Source of the DNA: an uncultured bacterium
GTDB lineage: Bacteria > Fidelibacterota > Marinisomatia > Marinisomatales > UBA1611
Assembly (NCBI GenBank): GCA_964404235.1
Contig: CAYOJL010000004.1
Coordinates: 1-53,907, forward strand
Direction of reading: 5' to 3'
DNA length: 53,907 nt
Below the pieces are notes generated by a model. The model made no database searches, was not told the origin of the DNA, and worked only from the letters and a program-made list of their open reading frames with translations. How positions within the stretch are numbered: position 1 is the stretch's first letter; each line of letters opens with the position of its first letter. Of this stretch, positions 48,077 to 53,907 are shown piece by piece. A program made the translations under genes and the position numbers.

Positions 48077-48373
48077 TTAATTTGACATCAATGATTTGAA
48101 TCCAAATTTTTCCACCATTACTAATTGTACTGCTTTGCATAATTGTAAAAATTCAGATAGAGAAATTATTACCCTTAGTTCTTCCCTGACCAACAATAAT
48201 TCTACTTGATTTTTAGAACTATTTAAACTTTTACTCATGCCCATCAAATAATTATGAAATATTCTAAATTGACAAGGATTCAAACTCATTTTAACATTGC
48301 AAAATTCTACTTTTATTCTGTTTTTACTGTTAATAGATATTGATATCGGTTTTTCATTATAAAGAGATAACAT
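48077..48373 (-). CDS. Hypothetical 98-aa cytoplasmic protein
   Basis: An ORF with no competing gene, 16 nt upstream of the lipoprotein gene. I recognise no motif. Confidence 0.35.
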   Translation of the reverse strand: MLSLYNEKPISISINSKNRIKVEFCNVKMSLNPCQFRIFHNYLMGMSKSLNSSKNQVELLLVREELRVIISLSEFLQLCKAVQLVMVEKFGFKSLMSN

Positions 48374-48580
48374 TATTATATATCCATAAAATAGAGATTA
48401 GGTTGATATGATATTAAGTAGTTGAGACTGAATCTCATTTGCAATATTATATATAATTTTTATTTTTATCAAGTAAACACTTAATACTTTTATTGGATGG
48501 AATGAATACATAGTTTGGTAATATACTCTCCACTTAATCTGTTAAAAACACCATCTATTTGATAAAAAATAGAACACAAA

Positions 48581-49576
48581 ATGAAAAATGATTATATAGA
48601 TAGTAATAAGAAAATAGGTGTGCTTATCTCCAATCTAGGGACACCTGAATCACCATCTAGAAAAGACCTAAAAAAATATCTGAATCAGTTTTTAATGGAT
48701 AAAAGAGTTATCGATCTTCCAAGACTGCTGTGGGTTCCTATACTGAAATTAATTATACTAAATATCAGACCAAGAAGATCGGCAAAACTTTATAAAGCTA
48801 TATGGACTGATGAAGGATCACCACTCATGGTCTTTTCAAAAAATATTTTAAAAAAACTATCAAATAGTACAGTAGATGATAGAATTACCGTAGCACTTGG
48901 AATGCGTTATGGTTCACCCTCTATTGAAGAAGCAATGGATATATTTAGAATAGAAAAAATATCTAAGATTTTAGTTTTACCTTTATATCCACAAGCCGGG
49001 TCACCAACAACATCAAGCACATTTGATGCCGTTGCTGATTATCTAGAGAATATTTCATGGATGCCAGATCTAAGATTTGTTTCAGGATACCATGACCGTA
49101 TTGGCTATATCAGTGCCTTGGTCAGATCAATAAAAGATAGTTTTAATGAACATGGAACACCAGATAAACTGATATTCAGTTTTCATGGAATGCCATATCG
49201 CTACTTAGAAAAAGGTGATCCATACTACTGTTTTTGCCATAAGACTGCACGTTTGACTGCAGAAAAGTTAAACCTTGATGAAAATTCTTATGAGGTTGCC
49301 TTTCAGTCTAGGTTTGGATCAGATAAATGGCTAGAACCCTACATTGATAAACTATTGGTCAATGAAGCTACTAGTGGCACAAAACATATTCAGGTTATTT
49401 CACCAGGCTTTGCAGTCGATTGCCTAGAAACATTGGAAGAAATAAGTATACAATATCGTGAACTATTTATTACTAATGGCGGTGAAAGATTTGAATATAT
49501 ACCATGCCTGAATGATAGTCAGGATCAAATCGATCTCATTAGATCGATCATAGATGATTGTATAAATGGCTGGTAA
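48581..49576 (+). CDS. hemH: Ferrochelatase
   Basis: GVLISNLGTPESPS...YLNQFLMDKRVID and the HemH length. Confidence 0.93.
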   Translation: MKNDYIDSNKKIGVLISNLGTPESPSRKDLKKYLNQFLMDKRVIDLPRLLWVPILKLIILNIRPRRSAKLYKAIWTDEGSPLMVFSKNILKKLSNSTVDDRITVALGMRYGSPSIEEAMDIFRIEKISKILVLPLYPQAGSPTTSSTFDAVADYLENISWMPDLRFVSGYHDRIGYISALVRSIKDSFNEHGTPDKLIFSFHGMPYRYLEKGDPYYCFCHKTARLTAEKLNLDENSYEVAFQSRFGSDKWLEPYIDKLLVNEATSGTKHIQVISPGFAVDCLETLEEISIQYRELFITNGGERFEYIPCLNDSQDQIDLIRSIIDDCINGW

Positions 49577-49585
49577 CCATATCAA

Positions 49586-50917
49586 TTATAATAGTTTATT
49601 TATAACCGAACGTGCCTGCATAAAAATATCATGAGTATGAATATATCTGAACTGTGCACTTCGGCCGATAGTATACATATTCTCAAAATTGTCTAAGTAA
49701 GAGAATATTGGCTCCAGAAGATCTTCGATACCTGTCTCAAGAATAGGGTATGCATATTTTGCATCCATAATCTTATGACCTATTATTTGTTCTCTTTTGA
49801 TAAATTTATTCTTAATAAGGATATTGCTTATCATCTCAAATATTTCTTTTTTTGATATAGGACCGGGTAAAGTTTCATGGTCATATGGTGTTTCAACAAC
49901 AATACATGTTTTATCCCTTGGTGCCATTTTATTACTGCGATTCTTTGGCTCATAAATACGTGTAAATGGGAAGATGGATTCAGGAAAATAAATAGAAGCA
50001 TTCTCCGTAAATGAGGGGATATCCAAATAGATCACGCAAAGGTTCAGATCCCTATATTTAATATGATTAACAATATTCTTTATACTTTCTGGAGGAGACG
50101 GTTCCATAGAATTGATTAATACACTAACTGGTAATGTACTTATAGCCTTATCTATATTAGTAATTCTAGAATTACCACAGACCAGCTCTACTATCTTTCT
50201 TCCATCATGAACTATTTTTGTGACTGGAGAATTAAATCGGATACTACTCTCACCAATATAATCCTTCATTCTTTCAAATATGGTGCCAAAACCATATTTT
50301 GGATAATAAAAGGAACCATCAAGATGATCCGCATTATCAGTTTTAAATAATAGTTCTCTAAACAATGTAGCCATATTAAGGTTATTTAATCTATTACCTG
50401 ATATATTGACATCTAGAGTATCAGCTGGTCTTCCCCATAATTTCTCAGTGTAATTGGTTAAAAAAAGCTCTGAAAGTGTCTTGCCATATATTTGATAGGC
50501 TAAGTCTTTAAAATTAGTTGGCTTATCGGAATGTTTGGAAATTTTGAATATGTTCTCTGTTAGAATCTTTATGATATCTACCCCACCTAAATTTCTCAAT
50601 ACACTTGATAGGCCCAATGGAAAATCGAACATACTATTCTTTGAAAATATCATACTAGGTGAGTTGACCTTTAAAAGATCATCACCTATCAAATCTCTTA
50701 CCTCTTTTGTTGCATAATCAAGCTTATCATGGAACCTATGAGCACCTGTATCATATCTATAATGACCATCAACAATAGTTTTACAATTGCCACCAACACT
50801 ATTTGAACTCTCATAAAGCATTAAAGGTATTTTACTTTTTTTTGCGTAATAGGCTGACGTTAATCCAGCTGGGCCTGCACCTAGGATATGCAATAAAGAA
50901 TTATTCTTTAAAGACAT
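49586..50917 (-). CDS. FAD-dependent oxidoreductase (amine-oxidase / HemY-like fold), unknown substrate
   Basis: HILGAGPAGLTSAYY...YESSNSVGGNCKT...DTGAHRFH. The start is placed at the ATG at 50917 (MSLKNN), directly before the dinucleotide-binding motif. Confidence 0.75.
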   Translation of the reverse strand: MSLKNNSLLHILGAGPAGLTSAYYAKKSKIPLMLYESSNSVGGNCKTIVDGHYRYDTGAHRFHDKLDYATKEVRDLIGDDLLKVNSPSMIFSKNSMFDFPLGLSSVLRNLGGVDIIKILTENIFKISKHSDKPTNFKDLAYQIYGKTLSELFLTNYTEKLWGRPADTLDVNISGNRLNNLNMATLFRELLFKTDNADHLDGSFYYPKYGFGTIFERMKDYIGESSIRFNSPVTKIVHDGRKIVELVCGNSRITNIDKAISTLPVSVLINSMEPSPPESIKNIVNHIKYRDLNLCVIYLDIPSFTENASIYFPESIFPFTRIYEPKNRSNKMAPRDKTCIVVETPYDHETLPGPISKKEIFEMISNILIKNKFIKREQIIGHKIMDAKYAYPILETGIEDLLEPIFSYLDNFENMYTIGRSAQFRYIHTHDIFMQARSVINKLL

Positions 50918-52343
50918 TTGAATTCTTATATAATCTATATGTATGGATACTTGGCCACATTCTATTAACATATGGGTTATGAAAATATGTGGTCTCAGGT
51001 ATAACGGAATAATTATTTTCAAATAGCCCTTGAAAATTTCCAATAATTAGAGCTTGATCATTTTCAGAAGAATTAAATCTACTTATTTGATCTTTATCTT
51101 TTATGTTTATAAAATTACTTTTAACAGCATGTCTTTGCATATAATAGTTGATAAGAGGTGTACTAATTATTGTGCCTGCATCATGGCTTAGTATTATGCT
51201 GTCCTTTAATCTAGATACTGCTGTAGGGTTTTTATGTTGTGTCACGAGGGTTAATGTGACCGTTGCTAACGCAATAAAGAATGCTCCTAGTAAAGTATTA
51301 TATAAAATGGCTTTAGGCTCAGCGACATATTTTTGTCCTATTGTTACTAATAAAAATACTATAATGAGTATAGGTAGGATATGTCTTGTCTTATATATCA
51401 CATTTTGAAAAAAGAATATCCATAGTATATAGAGCGCTATACAATAAATGATCATGACAAAGTTCTTATCATACTTTAAATATTGCTTTGATCCAATATA
51501 TCCTAGATAAAGAAAATAAGCATAGGACACAGATAAGAAACCAGTCTGCCATGCTCTTCCTGGCCAATATCCGCCTAATCCATCAGCCCATATTGATCTT
51601 AATAAATTTAAAGATCTAAAATATAAGTTATTATCAGTGAGCACAGTCCCACCATAGTCAGTGAAATGGCCTACGGTTTGTTTACTTGCAGCTAAATATA
51701 AATTTTCATATCCAGTGATATATATTAATGGTATAAACCAAACCAAAATTCCAAGACAGCATGATAGGAAAAGATAGACCCTTTGATCATTTTTTATAAG
51801 GTGATAGATAAATGGAACGATTATAAAAGGAATATATGAAAGACGAACACCAATTAAGAGCCCAATAAAAATATAGCCGTAGATCAAGTTTTTTGTATTA
51901 TTACTATTTTCTGTTAAATAGTAAATGCATGAAACTGCAATTGCCAATCCCATTAGATCTGGCATATAGCGATTACTCATTAGCCAAAGCAAAGGATTAA
52001 AGAATATCATTAAAGAGCAAAATATACCAATGCGATTATTTATTTCTATTTTGCTGATCTTTAAAATGTAATAAATAATGGTAAAGATAGAGAATGCGCC
52101 GATCAATGAAAAAGATGCCGCCTTACTTCCAGTGATTGATAATAGTAGTTTAGCTATATAACAAAATACAGGATATCCAGGAAAATGAGGCTGCAACTTG
52201 GTAATACTATAATCATCTAAACTTAGAGCAAACCTTAGACTATCGATATCTTCAATATAATAAATACTTGTAGCAAGCCGTGATATGATACATACCAATA
52301 ATAATAGCAGATAAGACTGGTTTTTAGTGAGTTTTTTTAACAT
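50901..52343 (-). CDS. Polytopic GT-C-type glycosyltransferase (ArnT/PMT-like)
   Basis: 480 aa with more than 10 TM helices. An acidic first-loop motif (YYIEDIDSLRF) follows TM1, as in GT39/GT83-like enzymes. The call rests on recall only. Confidence 0.5.
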   Translation of the reverse strand: MLKKLTKNQSYLLLLLVCIISRLATSIYYIEDIDSLRFALSLDDYSITKLQPHFPGYPVFCYIAKLLLSITGSKAASFSLIGAFSIFTIIYYILKISKIEINNRIGIFCSLMIFFNPLLWLMSNRYMPDLMGLAIAVSCIYYLTENSNNTKNLIYGYIFIGLLIGVRLSYIPFIIVPFIYHLIKNDQRVYLFLSCCLGILVWFIPLIYITGYENLYLAASKQTVGHFTDYGGTVLTDNNLYFRSLNLLRSIWADGLGGYWPGRAWQTGFLSVSYAYFLYLGYIGSKQYLKYDKNFVMIIYCIALYILWIFFFQNVIYKTRHILPILIIVFLLVTIGQKYVAEPKAILYNTLLGAFFIALATVTLTLVTQHKNPTAVSRLKDSIILSHDAGTIISTPLINYYMQRHAVKSNFINIKDKDQISRFNSSENDQALIIGNFQGLFENNYSVIPETTYFHNPYVNRMWPSIHTYRLYKNSNVFKE

Positions 52344-52365
52344 TAACTACATTAATAGTTAAAAA

Positions 52366-52396
52366 ATAAGGGGTCTTAATATTTAAGACCCCTTAT
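52366..52396 (-). terminator. Rho-independent terminator (14-bp stem)
   Basis: ataaggggtcttaa / ttaagaccccttat is a perfect inverted repeat, flanked by an A-run (a U-run on the minus strand). It lies 28 nt after the stop of the 52424-53698 gene. Confidence 0.7.
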
Positions 52397-52423
52397 TTAT
52401 CTAGATTAATATATTAAAGTATA

Positions 52424-53698
52424 CTACCAATTTGCCATGTGCTCATCATCAAAACCATAAGCAGCTTGGAGCAAGCTTTTTGCAGTGCCAACTAAACCAC
52501 CATGGTAACCATAGTAAGCTCCATAACCGTCAGCAGGATAAACTGGTGCAGTACCCATCGCTGTAAGGACAGCCTCTAGGTCAGAGTCAGTTATCACTTT
52601 AAAATCATTATACTGTAATGCATGCGCATATGCTCTCATTTCAGCCCAATGATTATTATAATCTGCAGATAGTTCAGATAATGGACCAGCAGTTGAATCA
52701 GCTGGATATAAAGCCATCATATCAGCATTCACATCATTGATATAGTGTATCGTTACAGCAGCAACCACTTTTTCCCATGTGTTTAAGATGATATCTCTTT
52801 GAACCAAGATATCTTCAAGAGGTGCTTGGTTATGGATTAGGGTTCGACCTTCAAGATATGCGTCCATAATCGTTTTTGTAAAATCATAATCAACTGAAGC
52901 CTCAACCACATCTCTTTTAGCTGCAGTTACTGCCCATCCTAGATTATACTCTGATAAAAAATCAATAGCCCCATCACCATTTGAATCATGATAAGGGTCG
53001 CTTTTTCTATCACTATCATCAGTGTAACCAGTATTATAATCGCGAGCGGCTCCAAAGTAACCGAACGACTCATCCCAATGATGTTCCATTGCTGTCCATG
53101 GGTCACCATCATCAGAAACAGAATTATCATCATCTGGTATCTTTGACATATACTTGGATGTTCCTTGCCAATATGATACAGCACCCCATAGTGTCTTTTG
53201 GACCATTTGGTCAAGTCGAAGGCCATCTGCATTTGTTTTACCATTATTTACAAGATCAGTGACCCATGCAGAAATGAGATTGCCCGCATTATCATTATAA
53301 CCGACAACAGTATAATCAGCAACCGCAGATAGTCTATCATTCAAATGACTGGATGATATAGATCGATATGTTGATTGAACAGATGCAGGAGTTGTAGTAG
53401 TTAAAATAGTCCTACTTTCATCATCATTTGCCATCATGCTAAGCAGAGTAGAAGCATCGCCTGAACCAGCATCTGTCCCACACTGGGTCTTGATGTCATT
53501 GATCAAAAGCTGTCTCACAATCTGACCATTATAGTAGACACTATTCTCTCCTTCTGAAAAACGACTTTCAAATACATATTCTGCTGGAGTAGATATGGAA
53601 TTATCCTCTTCTGTAGCTGTATCATCATTATCCTCACAACCAATCATCAGCATTAGCGTAAAAGATAGGATATATAGTAGTTTGTTGTTATTTATCAT
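52424..53698 (-). CDS. Secreted lipoprotein, unknown function (possibly DUF4856-like, a family seen beside TonB/imelysin iron loci)
   Basis: Lipobox MIGC and an acidic linker. The block SVYYNGQIVRQLLINDIK resembles DUF4856 proteins as I remember them. Confidence 0.6.
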   Translation of the reverse strand: MINNNKLLYILSFTLMLMIGCEDNDDTATEEDNSISTPAEYVFESRFSEGENSVYYNGQIVRQLLINDIKTQCGTDAGSGDASTLLSMMANDDESRTILTTTTPASVQSTYRSISSSHLNDRLSAVADYTVVGYNDNAGNLISAWVTDLVNNGKTNADGLRLDQMVQKTLWGAVSYWQGTSKYMSKIPDDDNSVSDDGDPWTAMEHHWDESFGYFGAARDYNTGYTDDSDRKSDPYHDSNGDGAIDFLSEYNLGWAVTAAKRDVVEASVDYDFTKTIMDAYLEGRTLIHNQAPLEDILVQRDIILNTWEKVVAAVTIHYINDVNADMMALYPADSTAGPLSELSADYNNHWAEMRAYAHALQYNDFKVITDSDLEAVLTAMGTAPVYPADGYGAYYGYHGGLVGTAKSLLQAAYGFDDEHMANW

Positions 53699-53907
53699 TT
53701 TGTTTTCCTTATTTTAATTTATTTTTAAGTGATATTAAGTCTCAATTGCATTTATTTCATAGCACACTACTCCTTGGGTAAAATATTCTCATGATTATTT
53801 AAGATCTAGAATGAGTACTCTAGCCCTAGATTGACCTGCCTCCTAGGTCCAGGGATGATCCCTGAACTTATATTTGCTTCTTTCTGCCCTGGATTAGAAT
53901 GCAATCT

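Noticed and set aside
49586-50917. The flavoprotein as protoporphyrinogen oxidase HemY, because it is adjacent to hemH
   Set aside because: It is convergent with hemH rather than in an operon with it, it overlaps a glycosyltransferase gene, and the GAHRFH-type motif fits the glycan-cluster flavoprotein group I remember better. This is not fully excluded, so it is listed as a refutation test in the findings.
50918-51043. 42-aa N-terminal extension of the FAD oxidoreductase ORF
   Set aside because: It overlaps the upstream GT-C gene by 143 nt. The Rossmann GxGxxG motif follows directly after the internal ATG at 50917.
53840-53907. The minus-strand segment CCAGGGCAGAAAGAAGCA as SRP (4.5S) RNA domain IV, or the region as tmRNA/RNase P RNA
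   Set aside because: It only loosely resembles the GGUCCGGAAGGAAGCAGC core. The flanking helices do not fit, and the element is truncated by the window end.

Overview
AT-rich (about 35% GC by eye), densely packed bacterial chromosomal segment. Coding is mostly on the minus strand, with many 4-nt stop/start overlaps. I saw no rRNA, tRNA, CRISPR array or mobile element. In order: (1) an oxidative-stress island with dppA, katG, a Fur/PerR-like regulator, a 65-aa Cys-rich mini-protein and a peroxiredoxin. (2) Membrane proteins (EamA, HPP, PuuD-like), gdhA, and a USP plus SLC13 permease. (3) A near-complete molybdenum-cofactor operon (moaA, moaC-moaB fusion, a TauE/SafE-like permease, moeA, rhodanese-moeB, moaD, moaE) preceded by a candidate Moco riboswitch. 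(4) System II cytochrome c biogenesis genes (lipoprotein, ccsB, ccsA). (5) A molybdopterin oxidoreductase with no Tat signal, plus a fused 4x[4Fe-4S]/NrfD-like membrane subunit, divergent from mobA and a eukaryote-like cysteine dioxygenase. (6) rpiB-tkt-rpe. (7) An M19 dipeptidase followed by a eukaryote-like kynurenine / 2-aminomuconate tryptophan catabolic operon that also carries an atypical SDR and a [2Fe-2S] ferredoxin. (8) A LOG-family gene coupled to two secreted amidohydrolases. (9) An iron/heme neighbourhood with TetR, a TonB-dependent receptor, a lipoprotein, a ferritin-like protein, hemH and a lipoprotein that may belong to DUF4856. (10) A GT-C glycosyltransferase with an FAD oxidoreductase. 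The best candidate for an undescribed system is the cytoplasm-facing, SoeABC-like molybdoenzyme whose FeS and membrane subunits are covalently fused. It sits among its own cofactor genes, a cysteine dioxygenase and two anion permeases, which suggests a cysteine -> sulfite -> sulfate module. All functional calls come from motif recognition in the supplied translations. No database search was possible.
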